A stretch of DNA of 64,000 nt, from assembly GCA_963833575.1 (NCBI GenBank), contig CAWHXY010000004.1, positions 320,001 to 384,000 on the forward strand. Direction: 5' to 3'. Below the pieces are notes generated by a model that was given only the letters and a program-made list of their open reading frames with translations, was not told the origin of the DNA and did no database searches. Position 1 is the stretch's first letter. The number at the start of each line of letters is the position of its first letter. Origin of the DNA: Candidatus Bathyarchaeota archaeon. GTDB taxonomy: Archaea > Thermoproteota > Bathyarchaeia > Bathyarchaeales > Bathycorpusculaceae. This document shows positions 1 through 10,259 of this stretch, one piece after another. A program made the translations under genes and the position numbers.

Positions 1-1
1 A

Positions 2-226
2 AAGAAGAAGCGATATTATGCCTGCCACTGTCCGTGGGTACGTGAAGCCATAAAGTTAGACACAAAAATTTCACCCAATTTCTGCTATTGTAGCGCAGGA
101 TTTGAGAAACGTGTATGGGACGTTATTTTTGGTCAAGATGTCAAAGCAGATGTTTTAGAAACTGTCCTAAAAGGTGATTCAATCTGCAAATTTGCCATTC
201 ATATTCCCAAAGAACACCTTGTTTAA
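2..226 (+). CDS. 3' end of a Cys-rich V4R/DUF6144-like protein (partial, runs off window start)
   Basis: Manual translation of frame 2: KKKRYYACHCPWVREAIK...NFCYCSAGFEKRVWDVIFGQDVKADVLETVLKGDSICKFAIHIPKEHLV*. CxC, CYC and GDxxCxF are typical of V4R-like metal-binding domains. Confidence 0.7.
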   Translation, partial: KKKRYYACHCPWVREAIKLDTKISPNFCYCSAGFEKRVWDVIFGQDVKADVLETVLKGDSICKFAIHIPKEHLV

Positions 227-422
227 GAAAATGGCGGTGTCTACGGTATGGTAGAAGACCATCATGATAGTGAGATTGCAACCGAGAGACTTTTTCTGAA
301 GCAATTCAGGAAAGAAGACCTTGAGTGCGAGTTAAAAACAAGTAGCGATTAAATTAAAGAAAAGGGCAGCCTGGTGGTTTTGAGCCACTCATGCGTGCAA
401 TGTAGTTTTTAGTGTTTTAGGC

Positions 423-1346
423 TTATTCTACGATCTTTTCCCAACTTGTGACTAAGTCGAGAACTTCTTGGCCTGCTTTGCCGCCGTAGCTCTTTAGGCG
501 TTCGCGTGCGTCTTTCTGTGCAATCATTTGTTTTTGGAATTCTACCATTTGGTAAGCTTTGTCTGTTAAGTATAGGAGTCCGTCAACGCCTGCTCTTGCC
601 ATGCGAACTGAAACTGTTAGTAGTTCACTTGGGGTTGGACATTCTCTTGGATCGTCTCCGGGCCCAATGACATAGAGTGCAATGTTTAGTTTTACGTCTT
701 TGAAGAGTTTCTTGAAGTTGCGAGTAAGCATTTCCCAATACCAAGGTGTTGCATAGTTTTTGCTAAACATAACAACTAGGAATTCATCAGTGAGTGGTGC
801 GAGATCGTCGAAGTTGACGCCGAAGCGTTCATAGTTTGTAACTGGGTCTGGAAGTACACCTATAACGAATTGGCTTTTTGCTCTGTCACGTACGCGTTCG
901 CTTGTTGCCGCCATGTATTCAGTGATTTCTTTTCGTCTCCATTCATACCAGCTTAAGCCGCTTTTTTCATGGAGTGCTTTGCAGCGTGGGCATATGCAGT
1001 GTCCGTGGTCTGCGAAGTGGATGCTGTTTAGCCAGATACCTGGGCTTTTTCTTGCTACGTCTTCCATGTAATCTAGTTGTTCTGCGCGGTGTTCAGGTTG
1101 AGTTGCGCATAGAACGTCCCATCTGACGTTAAAGTTGTCGTTTGTTCGCCATGCTGGACCTAAAGCTGATTGAGAAATCCAATCTGGGTGATTGCGTGCA
1201 GTTACGTTGTCTCCGAAAATAGCGATGTTGCTGTACATATCGGGTTGCGGTGGCATTCGCCTTCCAACTTCCGGTTTAACGCGGAAAAGGTCAAAGTCAA
1301 AGCCTGGAACTTTCTTTGCTTCAAACATGTATGTGCCGAATTTCAT
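423..1346 (-). CDS. Hypothetical glycoside-hydrolase-like TIM-barrel protein with HCxCxxC motif
   Basis: 307-aa ORF. The LCATQPEHR..GIWLNSIHF...HCICPRC...W..WR pattern resembles GH42/GHL-like barrels; substrate unknown. Confidence 0.55.
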   Translation of the reverse strand: MKFGTYMFEAKKVPGFDFDLFRVKPEVGRRMPPQPDMYSNIAIFGDNVTARNHPDWISQSALGPAWRTNDNFNVRWDVLCATQPEHRAEQLDYMEDVARKSPGIWLNSIHFADHGHCICPRCKALHEKSGLSWYEWRRKEITEYMAATSERVRDRAKSQFVIGVLPDPVTNYERFGVNFDDLAPLTDEFLVVMFSKNYATPWYWEMLTRNFKKLFKDVKLNIALYVIGPGDDPRECPTPSELLTVSVRMARAGVDGLLYLTDKAYQMVEFQKQMIAQKDARERLKSYGGKAGQEVLDLVTSWEKIVE

Positions 1347-1630
1347 CTTGCTTCTACCTTTTTAGAAACCAAAACGTTCGGCGATGTTATAAAGTTTTGC
1401 ATAAGTAGCCTAAAATTGTTTGGAAAGCACAAAATGCAAATTGGCGATTGCTTACAATGCATAATCACACCGCTAAACTTGTTTCGGCTGTGTTAAATCA
1501 TCTGTTTTGGGACATAAACAGTGAAAAACCAAACAAGCAAGCATTCTAAATTTTAGTGATTATCTACGCAAGCTTTTTAGGGCAAAATCCCTTCGCAACA
1601 ATACCAACTTAGCCTCCTTAAGGTGCTGCA

Positions 1631-4261
1631 ATGAGCCAATGGCACACGAAAGAAACACAAGAGCTAATTCATGAACTAGGTGTTAACCCTGAAAGAGGCT
1701 TAGCTGATCAGGAGGCAGCACAGCGGCTAAACAAATACGGTAAAAACGTGTTAGTTAAGCCGAGAGAAATACGGTTTTTTAGTATTTTTAAAGAAGAAGT
1801 AACTGAACCCATGATACTGCTCCTAATCGCGATAGGAGTAATCTATGCTTATTTAGGAATTACAACTGGCAACGGGTTAACGGATGCCTTGACAATTATA
1901 GTTATAATTATTGTGTTGGTTTTTGCGGAAGTTTGGAACGAGTATAGAGCCAAACGTTCAATCGCCTCCCTTAAAAAACTGGCGCCTCCAACAGCGCTGG
2001 TTCTCAGAAATGGGCAACCCAAAGAAATCCAAACAGCCAATCTTGTTCCAGGCGACATTCTTATCCTGAAAACTGGGCAAAGGGTACCTGCTGACGCCCG
2101 ATTGATTGAAGCATTCGGTTTAGAAGTTAACGAGTCCTCTCTCACTGGCGAATCTTATCCGGTAAACAAAGATGCAGCGGCAACACTGCCAGCTGAAACC
2201 AAAATCACTGATCAGTCAAACATGCTGTTCACTGGCACCGTTATTACCAGAGGCAGAGCCAAAGCAGTTATTGTTGCTACAGGCGTGCAAAGTGAACTTG
2301 GAAAAATCGCAGGCATAACAATCGCCGCAAAAGAACCAAAAACTACGTTGCAACTTGCGATGAAGCAACTTTCCAAAACTTTAGTATGGATTGCACTTTT
2401 CTTCAGCATCCTAATCCCTATCTTAAGTTATGTCAGAGGCATCCAACCGAACCCAGGACAAGCATTACTTTATGGATTATCCTTAGCCTTTGTTGTTATA
2501 CCCGAAGAGCTACCAATCATCATTACGATGGTTTTAGGCGTCGGAAGCTATGCACTCTCACGCAAAGGCGCCATTGTGAAACGTTTACGAGCCGCAGAAG
2601 CCCTTGGAAACGTAACAGTCATAGCCACAGACAAAACAGGCACCATAACAGAAAACAAAATGCGGCTAGAACACCTCTACTTCGACGGCTCAATTCACAA
2701 AAGCCAAGACTTCAAAGAAAATGAAAAAGCAGCATTAAAAACCGCGTTCTTAGCCAGCGACACAGTTGGAAACGTGGTAAGTGGCGTAGTTTTGGGCAAT
2801 CCCATGGCGCAAGCAACCTTGGAACGGTTGAGGCAAGATGGAGTCGATGCTCAAAGTGTTTCTAAAGGCTGGGTTCTGAAAGATGAGTTAAGCTTTGATG
2901 TTAAAAGAAAAATGGCATCATACATCTACCAATATGGCAACTCTACAGTTGTTTTATCAAGTGGTGCGCCAGAGAAAATTTTAGCTAACTCTACAAAAAT
3001 CTTGCTGAAAGGCGAAGAAGCCCCCCTCGATGATGCCCTCAGAAGTGAAGCCAGTGAAGCTATGGCGCAGATGGCTCAGTCTGGTGAACGCCTACTCGGC
3101 TTTGGCTACCATAGGCTACAATCTGTCTCAGGGGACGATAGGCAAAATTTTGAAAGCGACATTGTTTTCGTCGGCATCTTGGGATTTATTGATCCCCCAC
3201 GAAAAGAGGTCAAGGGAGCCATCCAAACATGCCAAGAAGCAGGCATAAAAGTCATAATGATTACAGGTGATCACCCAGAAACCGCCAAAGCCATCGCAGC
3301 CCAAGTCGGAATAGATAGCACCTACGTATTAACTGGAAACGAAATCGCAAAAATGACCGACGAAGACCTCAAGAAAGCATTAAAGAACACTTTTGTTTTT
3401 GCACGAGTCACGCCTGAAGACAAACTGCGGCTAGTTCATCTGCTAAAAGAAAACAGCGAAATCGTAGCTGTCACAGGTGACGGAATCAATGATGCCCCAG
3501 CCCTCAAAGAAGCCCACATTGGCATAGCAATGGGCATCCGCGGAACCGACGTTGCCAAAGAAACCGCAGACATGATACTAACTAACGACAATTTCGCAAC
3601 CATCCAAGTTGCCGTGAAAGAAGGAAGAAAACTATTCAGCAACCTACGCAAAGGCGTCCGATACTACTTAGCCTGCAAAGTAGCGCTGGTTTCAATTTTC
3701 CTTGTCCCCATCATTCTGGGAATTCCGTTGCCTTTTGCTCCAATCCAGATTATAGTGTTGGAGTTATTCATGGATTTGGCTGCATCCGCCACTTTTGTTG
3801 CAGAACCCGAAGAAGCAGGCATAATGAATAAGCCGCCGAATGATCCGAAAGAGAAATTCCTAAACCAACGCATGATAAAAACCCTCATTTTAGGTGCTTT
3901 AAGCCTCTTCCTAGCAGTCACCATAACTTTTCTGTTTGCCTGGTACACAACTCACAGCATACCTTTTGCAAGGACAGTGGCGTTTGCGACATGGATGTTT
4001 GGCCACATCTTCCTTGCGCTTAACTTCCGATCTGACAAAGAACCCTTAGTAAGAGAGGGCTTGCTTTCAAACAAGGTTATGCTCCTTTGGGCGCTGCTCG
4101 TGTTTGTAGTTTTGCTCGTAGGCACATCACTTCCAGCTACGCAGACAGCTTTGCAGATCGCGAGTTTAAACCTGCAAGATTGGGTGCTGGTTATTGCTGT
4201 AGCCTTTGCGGCAACGTTCTGGATGGAACTTAAGAAAATCCTGAGGAAAAACCCTGATTGA
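1631..4261 (+). CDS. Cation-transporting P-type ATPase (type II-like)
   Basis: DKTGT phosphorylation motif, TGES, MITGD, GDGINDAPAL, multiple TM segments. Confidence 0.95.
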   Translation: MSQWHTKETQELIHELGVNPERGLADQEAAQRLNKYGKNVLVKPREIRFFSIFKEEVTEPMILLLIAIGVIYAYLGITTGNGLTDALTIIVIIIVLVFAEVWNEYRAKRSIASLKKLAPPTALVLRNGQPKEIQTANLVPGDILILKTGQRVPADARLIEAFGLEVNESSLTGESYPVNKDAAATLPAETKITDQSNMLFTGTVITRGRAKAVIVATGVQSELGKIAGITIAAKEPKTTLQLAMKQLSKTLVWIALFFSILIPILSYVRGIQPNPGQALLYGLSLAFVVIPEELPIIITMVLGVGSYALSRKGAIVKRLRAAEALGNVTVIATDKTGTITENKMRLEHLYFDGSIHKSQDFKENEKAALKTAFLASDTVGNVVSGVVLGNPMAQATLERLRQDGVDAQSVSKGWVLKDELSFDVKRKMASYIYQYGNSTVVLSSGAPEKILANSTKILLKGEEAPLDDALRSEASEAMAQMAQSGERLLGFGYHRLQSVSGDDRQNFESDIVFVGILGFIDPPRKEVKGAIQTCQEAGIKVIMITGDHPETAKAIAAQVGIDSTYVLTGNEIAKMTDEDLKKALKNTFVFARVTPEDKLRLVHLLKENSEIVAVTGDGINDAPALKEAHIGIAMGIRGTDVAKETADMILTNDNFATIQVAVKEGRKLFSNLRKGVRYYLACKVALVSIFLVPIILGIPLPFAPIQIIVLELFMDLAASATFVAEPEEAGIMNKPPNDPKEKFLNQRMIKTLILGALSLFLAVTITFLFAWYTTHSIPFARTVAFATWMFGHIFLALNFRSDKEPLVREGLLSNKVMLLWALLVFVVLLVGTSLPATQTALQIASLNLQDWVLVIAVAFAATFWMELKKILRKNPD

Positions 4262-4415
4262 GACTATCTTATGGGATTCTTTCCTAAATGAAAAGGTAGA
4301 CGTTTCTGTTCTTTAATAATATAGGATAATTTCACGGCAACATTAGTGCTTAAGATTTGTGCTTCATAACGGTTAAGTTATTTTCCACGTAGAATATGCA
4401 TTGGCTTGACAGAAG

Positions 4416-5606
4416 ATGACTAGTCTTCACAAACTCGGAATTTTTGTTGTTTTCCTTGCGCTGATACTTCTTTCTTCCTGCATTTGTGGTGCTTACGCTC
4501 AAAACAATACCAATAGCACTCAAAATAACCAAACTCAAAGTCCAACTGAGACAGGTCAGGTTCCTGCGCCTTCAATAGAAAGCAATCCTGTGAGGCCAGG
4601 CGAAACAGGTTTCGGAATTACAGTAATTAGTGGAGATTTTAATTCCAACTGGTATGCAGTCAGAGGTGACGGTTCCTCAGGTAACAACTTGGAGGGCTTA
4701 TACTCTAACATTCAATACGATATTGGCAACAGTCAAATGTGCTTTGAGACACAACTGGCCTCTAGTAACGATGGTGGTTCGGGAAACTTTGGAGTTGGAC
4801 AACCAAATGCTACCAGCTCATATGCAATTTCTATTGACTGTGATGGCGCAATTATTCCGATAAATCTCTACAATTGTGCCTACTTCAACGAGTCAAGAAC
4901 TAACGTTATCTATGTTGGGGATCTTCCTGAATTTAATAACACTTTTACATTTCATAATGTTTCGCTTGACACTTACGGTCATGGTTCTTCAACCGTTACA
5001 ATATCGTTAACTCAGCAGTTTATCGCTAACTGGACTGAAATGACAGTTAAAATGGATACTGACGTAGATTTTTCCAATATGCAACTGTATTCTCCAATCA
5101 CTCAGCAACCGATTAGTGCTGGAACCCCATTTTCCCTAACACTAATTTACACTGTCGACATGTCAAACTATACAGCTTCACAAGAACTCGGCCACGCAGT
5201 TAACTTTCAACCCACAGTAACCCCAACACAAATCTATTATACTGGCGACAATGGTTTTGGCTACCAGTATGAAATGGCTAATATGAACTTTGGTGATTCA
5301 TACACTGAGGTTCAAGGAAACAATCAAATTCCCAACCAAACACCAGAAACCTACTTCCAGTCCCAGAGGCCGGGAGTTCAAGGAGCTGGAGCTTCATTCG
5401 TTTTATGTTTCCAAACGTTCAATGGCTTAACCTATGGTTTAACTACTGGCTTAAACAGCGACCCAACACTGACGATTCCTCATAAACCCGTTCAGTCCAC
5501 GAATCAAATCCTATTTGTTCTAATATTATTTGCAGTTGTTGCTGTGACAGCAATTTTAGGCGTGGCGCTCTTGGTTCGGCATCGACGGCACCCTATTCAA
5601 CCTTAA
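4416..5606 (+). CDS. Secreted, C-terminally membrane-anchored hypothetical protein
   Basis: Signal peptide, Asn/Thr/Ser-rich body, C-terminal TM helix followed by basic RHRRH. Confidence 0.8.
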   Translation: MTSLHKLGIFVVFLALILLSSCICGAYAQNNTNSTQNNQTQSPTETGQVPAPSIESNPVRPGETGFGITVISGDFNSNWYAVRGDGSSGNNLEGLYSNIQYDIGNSQMCFETQLASSNDGGSGNFGVGQPNATSSYAISIDCDGAIIPINLYNCAYFNESRTNVIYVGDLPEFNNTFTFHNVSLDTYGHGSSTVTISLTQQFIANWTEMTVKMDTDVDFSNMQLYSPITQQPISAGTPFSLTLIYTVDMSNYTASQELGHAVNFQPTVTPTQIYYTGDNGFGYQYEMANMNFGDSYTEVQGNNQIPNQTPETYFQSQRPGVQGAGASFVLCFQTFNGLTYGLTTGLNSDPTLTIPHKPVQSTNQILFVLILFAVVAVTAILGVALLVRHRRHPIQP

Positions 5607-5963
5607 ATGCCCTCTCGATAACGGGGCCAATTGCCTCGCGATTAAATCGGTCTTACCAAGTAAATTTAGTTAGCATTCAAGTGGGTTGGTAGGTCTTCTT
5701 TCCAAATATTTTGCTAAAGTAACTGTTTTTTGCTTGCGTTTCAGCTTTCACAAAAGAAGTCTCTCTGATAGACCAACAACACTTCTTTTTGTATTTTTGT
5801 TCATTGTGTTTTGAGTTTGGGTTTGGTATTAAAATCTAATCCAACCAACATAAAAGAAGGCAACCTATCCTTGAAAAGTTATAGGTGGCAACATTAGGTT
5901 ACTAATTTCTAAAAAATAATAAGGTGTTCACTCGATTCAGGTTACAAGTATCACATAATGTTA

Positions 5964-5987
5964 AGACTAAATTTTAATGCACACCCC
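5964..5987. repeat. Quasi-palindromic module-boundary site S1
   Basis: GACT-AAATTTT-AATGCACACCCC (core 5969-5975); same motif at 7091, 14181, 14529, 15526, 16404. Confidence 0.75.
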
Positions 5988-6016
5988 ATTTATGGAGTTA
6001 AAAATACGATAAGCTG

Positions 6017-6895
6017 TCAAAGTGAGAAGCCCTGTGTCATCGAAGAAACGCCCATAGTACAATTAACTAATATGCTACCGTAAACGCCTTCTCCATACCC
6101 CGTGAAAGTCTCCCAATAGATGGTCACGATGTATCTTTGTTGATTTGGCAAAGAGATGCTGTAAGTTCCTTGCTTTTGCAAAGCATAACTGTAATGTATA
6201 CCAACCGTGAATGTTGACGCAGTACCGGTTGGGCTTGATGCCACAAACTGAATCTGGGTTATCCAAGTATCATTGCTGGAGATATCTTCGACTGTGCCAG
6301 AAACTTGAATTTGAGGGGTTAAGACTGTTAATGTATAGGCGCTGGAGTATGTTTTGCCATTAGCTGCTGTCGATTTGATATCTATTTGATAGATTCCCGC
6401 AGGTGTTGCTGCCAAAGCATTGATTACAAGAATGCTAGTGAATGTGTTATTGCTCGATGGCGTTCCTGATTGTTTGAAGAAAGAGCAGAGAATGCTATTT
6501 GGCTCGGCTACAGCGTTTAAAGTGACAGCTTGGGCAGAGCCCTGCAGGCAGGTTATGTTGATGTTGGTTTGAATGCTGTTTCCTTGCTGGATAGTCCCGT
6601 TGTTTGGATAGACACCAATGTTGTAGTCAAAGGGAATGTATGGAGGTGACGTAACATCTGGAGCCAGAGAAGATTCATGGATTGGCAAAGTCCTTTGTAA
6701 GTATATACCCGCAATCACAGTTATGATTAATATGCCTATTATAGCACTGGCAATTGCTATTTTTCCAGTTTTGTTAAAGTTTTTTGGATTGTGAGCTTGG
6801 ATTTCATTAAGTTTCTTTATTGCGTTGCATAATTTCAAGTCAATTTTGCCGAAACTATGGAAGACTGTTTTTGTTTTCATCAGGCTTTCTATCAA
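6017..6895 (-). CDS. Membrane-anchored hypothetical protein with beta-rich (Ig-like) extracellular domains
   Basis: 292-aa ORF, N-terminal TM helix, TPAGIYQIDI...YTLTV pattern; true start probably downstream of the annotated one. Confidence 0.7.
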   Translation of the reverse strand: MIESLMKTKTVFHSFGKIDLKLCNAIKKLNEIQAHNPKNFNKTGKIAIASAIIGILIITVIAGIYLQRTLPIHESSLAPDVTSPPYIPFDYNIGVYPNNGTIQQGNSIQTNINITCLQGSAQAVTLNAVAEPNSILCSFFKQSGTPSSNNTFTSILVINALAATPAGIYQIDIKSTAANGKTYSSAYTLTVLTPQIQVSGTVEDISSNDTWITQIQFVASSPTGTASTFTVGIHYSYALQKQGTYSISLPNQQRYIVTIYWETFTGYGEGVYGSILVNCTMGVSSMTQGFSL

Positions 6896-7084
6896 AGAGG
6901 TAAAGTGGAGCGGCTTTTAGTTCTATTCTTGGAACATGCTGTTCCCACTCTGGAACAACTCTTGAAATGTACGTCTTAGCCTTAATACCTACATTATTTT
7001 CCTATTGAGCGTGAGTGAAACCTCTTTGGTTACGCTTTAAATTTGATCGCTGAAAAACTTAATCTGCGAACGTAAAAAATAATT

Positions 7085-7105
7085 GTGTGTACTAAATTTT
7101 AATGC
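7085..7105. repeat. Boundary site S2
   Basis: GTGTGTACT-AAATTTT-AATGC (core 7094-7100). Confidence 0.75.
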
Positions 7106-7220
7106 TAGAAAGCCCTAGAATAAGCATTTAACTTTTTTACCTAAACATCATATTTGATTGTAAAGAGAGAGGGTTGAGATACCGATTAAATATTTTGAAG
7201 CGCCTGAAATCAAAAAGCAA
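7094..7220 (+). pseudogene. Decayed duplicate of the promoter and first ~14 codons of the metallopeptidase gene at 16493
   Basis: Aligns along its length with 16406-16534 (e.g. CCGATTAAATATTTTGAAGCGCCTGAAAT identical). ATG changed to ATA, then the frame ends at AGG TAA. Confidence 0.85.
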
Positions 7221-7388
7221 AGGTAAAGATATGACATCAAATTTGGTGTTAGCACAAAAACGCGAACTGATAGAATAAAGAAGCAAATTGACTGACACGC
7301 ATGTAGAGAGAGTTAGTCAAGAAACCTTGACTAATTTTAGTTAAGAGACTTTTACGAATACCCTTTTATCGTAACCCATTTCTAACCA

Positions 7389-10043
7389 ATGTATATGGGT
7401 AATATCAGCAAGAGTTTGGCTTTGTTGCTTACTATAATCTTCTTAACATCTCTAGTTACACTTAGTTCGCATGTTCCACTAATGCCCTTAGTCAAAGGAC
7501 AAAATACTTGGAGCACCCAGACTGTAGCGACTGGCGGATCTTTTGGACCCATCTATATTGCTCTTGACTCGGATAATAATCCACACATCGCCTACAGTGG
7601 AGCAAATGGGTTGCTGTATTATGCTAGTTGGGACGGGTCAAAATGGAACATACAAAGCATCGTTCAAGGAGGCACTCCCAACCAGCTTCTATTAGACACG
7701 CATAACAATCCATATGTCCTCTATAAAGGGTCAAACGGCGTAACCTATTATGCGACTTGGAATGGGCTAAGCTGGGTTTTTCAGGCTGTACCTGAAGGCT
7801 ACGGATACTCTTTTGCCTTGGATTCAACAGGCACCCTACACGTAGCTTATGCGATGCAATTATTAGTTAGTGATTATCCTCAAGGAGTCACCAATGACAT
7901 TGCAATGTTAAAATATGCAAGTTGGACAGGATCAAACTGGATCATCCAAACCATAGACTCACCAATTAGCTACACTGACAGCATTTATCTTGCCTTTGAC
8001 CAACAAGATAACCCACACATAATGTATGGATATGACACTTATTATCCACCGAGCGGCGGTTATATTTCAACAGTTAAGTTTGCAGTTTGGAACGGTTCTA
8101 ATTGGAGTATCCAAACAGCCCTCTCTAATTTGGATTTCTTTGGAAACATGGTTTTAGATTCCAGCGGCGACACACATTTCATTTATGCAATTCACTATCC
8201 GCATGAAACAACTATCAATGCTACGTTGGGATATGCCATTTGGGATGGGGCAATATTGCGTACCCAACCCGTCATTTCGAATGCTGCTTTAGGCATGTTT
8301 GTAGGAGCGAACCTCGTTTTAGACGCTAATAATAATCCACACATCGAATTCTTCAATAGCTCAATAATGTACGCGAGCTTAACGGGCACAAACTGGAATA
8401 TCCAAACCGTTGCACCAAACAACTTTGCATATGGAGAGGGACCCCTGGCGTTGGACTCCAAGAATAACCCGTTTATCTGCTACTGGGTAGATGACATACG
8501 TAACACCACCGCTTTTGTGAGCCAATTACTCATTACCTCACCCACACTCCCGCATAATACTCAAAAGACGAATCCTTCGCCTACAAACCCTAATTCTCCA
8601 CCACCCATTTCAGCCTCTGCTTCCAAACTATGGAACTTCAAACCTGCTTACAGTGAAATCCTTTCTCCCGTTGTCGTAAATGGCTTCATTTATTTTTTGT
8701 CTGGAGACAGTGCATCATCCCCATTAGTCTTGTATTGCCTTGACGCTTCAACTGGCGCTCAAGTTTGGAATCATGCTGGATACCTTAATGGATTCACAGT
8801 TGCCAACGGCTACGTCTATGTTGGCGGCGCTTCTCAAGGGTCTTCTTTCTCTATGCAGGGAGTCATTTCCTGCCTGAATGCCAATAGTGGTGTTCAACTA
8901 TGGAATTATTCCGATGGTACAAGCTTTTCAACTCCTGTAGTTAACGGCGGCATAGTCTATGCTGGCGGATTCGGCTACACCCTATCCACAGGTGTAAACA
9001 TCGGCTTCATCTATGCTTTTAATTCATCAACGGGAGATAAACTGTGGAGTTTCTTAGGTCCAAAAAGTACCCGTTTTGATTCCCAAACCCTTGTTGTGGA
9101 AAACACAAACTTATACGCAATGAGCGCAGCCTACTCAGAACAAGACGCTTCATGGCAAAGCGGCATTTACGCATTCAATGCTTACACAAGTGAAAAACTA
9201 TGGAACTACACATCCCCAGGCCAATTTAGTTCCTTTGTAGCATCCGACCAAAACATATACGTTAGCTCCAATTTTGTGGACACCAGAAATTACATCGATG
9301 CTGAAAAGTCAGGCGGCTACGTTTACGAAGGCGGTGTCCTCGCATTAAATGCACAAAGTGGAACAAGAATCTGGAATTACTCAATCAACAATTCTGTGGG
9401 AATACCTGTTATTACAAATAATATGATTTATGTGGCTTCTGGCGACGGGGTCGTTTACTCTTTTAATGTAACAGACGGCTATGTGATTTGGAATTACACT
9501 TCTGGGACAGGCCTGGGTTCTCTTTTGTCAGCGAACAATTACCTTTATGTGGGTTCCTCCTCAGGCATCTACTGTTTCGACGAAGAGAGTGGCAAAGTTG
9601 TTTGGAATTTTGCAACCAGCGATTTCACTGGTTCTTCAGGCACTAATCCGACATTTGCTGACGGCATAATTTACTTGGGATGGAACGGACCCATGTTTTT
9701 CTCGCCTACAACTCAGCACAACTTTTACGCTCTTGATGCATGGACAGGGCAAAAACTTTGGAACTATACGCTGGGATATACGATATGGTCCTCTCCTGTA
9801 GTTGTAGGTGACATCGTTTACATAGGCTGCAATTTTGTAAGTACCAAAAGCCCAGATTATGAGAGCCCAGGTGCTGTTTATGCCCTCAAATCAAGCGTTG
9901 ACTCTTTACCGTTGGCTTCCCCTTCATCATCCCCAACATCAACACCCATAATCCCAGAGACAATACTTCTGTTATTTGTTATTGCAATAGTTACTATTGC
10001 CGGTTTAGTGGTTTACTTCAAGAAATACAAGGTTAAACATTGA
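7389..10043 (+). CDS. Cell-surface protein with N-terminal propeller-type repeats and PQQ-like beta-propeller, PEF-CTERM-like anchor
   Basis: Repeats ALDSxNNPHIAY/YAxWxGxxW, then PQQ-like repeats (YALDAWTGQKLWNY), IIPET + TM + KKYK. Confidence 0.85.
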   Translation: MYMGNISKSLALLLTIIFLTSLVTLSSHVPLMPLVKGQNTWSTQTVATGGSFGPIYIALDSDNNPHIAYSGANGLLYYASWDGSKWNIQSIVQGGTPNQLLLDTHNNPYVLYKGSNGVTYYATWNGLSWVFQAVPEGYGYSFALDSTGTLHVAYAMQLLVSDYPQGVTNDIAMLKYASWTGSNWIIQTIDSPISYTDSIYLAFDQQDNPHIMYGYDTYYPPSGGYISTVKFAVWNGSNWSIQTALSNLDFFGNMVLDSSGDTHFIYAIHYPHETTINATLGYAIWDGAILRTQPVISNAALGMFVGANLVLDANNNPHIEFFNSSIMYASLTGTNWNIQTVAPNNFAYGEGPLALDSKNNPFICYWVDDIRNTTAFVSQLLITSPTLPHNTQKTNPSPTNPNSPPPISASASKLWNFKPAYSEILSPVVVNGFIYFLSGDSASSPLVLYCLDASTGAQVWNHAGYLNGFTVANGYVYVGGASQGSSFSMQGVISCLNANSGVQLWNYSDGTSFSTPVVNGGIVYAGGFGYTLSTGVNIGFIYAFNSSTGDKLWSFLGPKSTRFDSQTLVVENTNLYAMSAAYSEQDASWQSGIYAFNAYTSEKLWNYTSPGQFSSFVASDQNIYVSSNFVDTRNYIDAEKSGGYVYEGGVLALNAQSGTRIWNYSINNSVGIPVITNNMIYVASGDGVVYSFNVTDGYVIWNYTSGTGLGSLLSANNYLYVGSSSGIYCFDEESGKVVWNFATSDFTGSSGTNPTFADGIIYLGWNGPMFFSPTTQHNFYALDAWTGQKLWNYTLGYTIWSSPVVVGDIVYIGCNFVSTKSPDYESPGAVYALKSSVDSLPLASPSSSPTSTPIIPETILLLFVIAIVTIAGLVVYFKKYKVKH

Positions 10044-10259
10044 CTATTATTTTTCTTTATTTTGGATGTTAAACGTGCGTGTTCACATGCAAACGCGTAC
10101 TCTGTGAGCGCGAAAGTTAGACCCTGAGTCTTCTAAACAAGAAAAGGTACCTCAGCTAATTGTATCAAGCGCACATAGTGCTTATGTTGCGTATGTGTGT
10201 GTTGGCGAAACGATTATACGCTTTCGAGTTGTTGACGCTGGGTTCATAAATCTCTTGTC

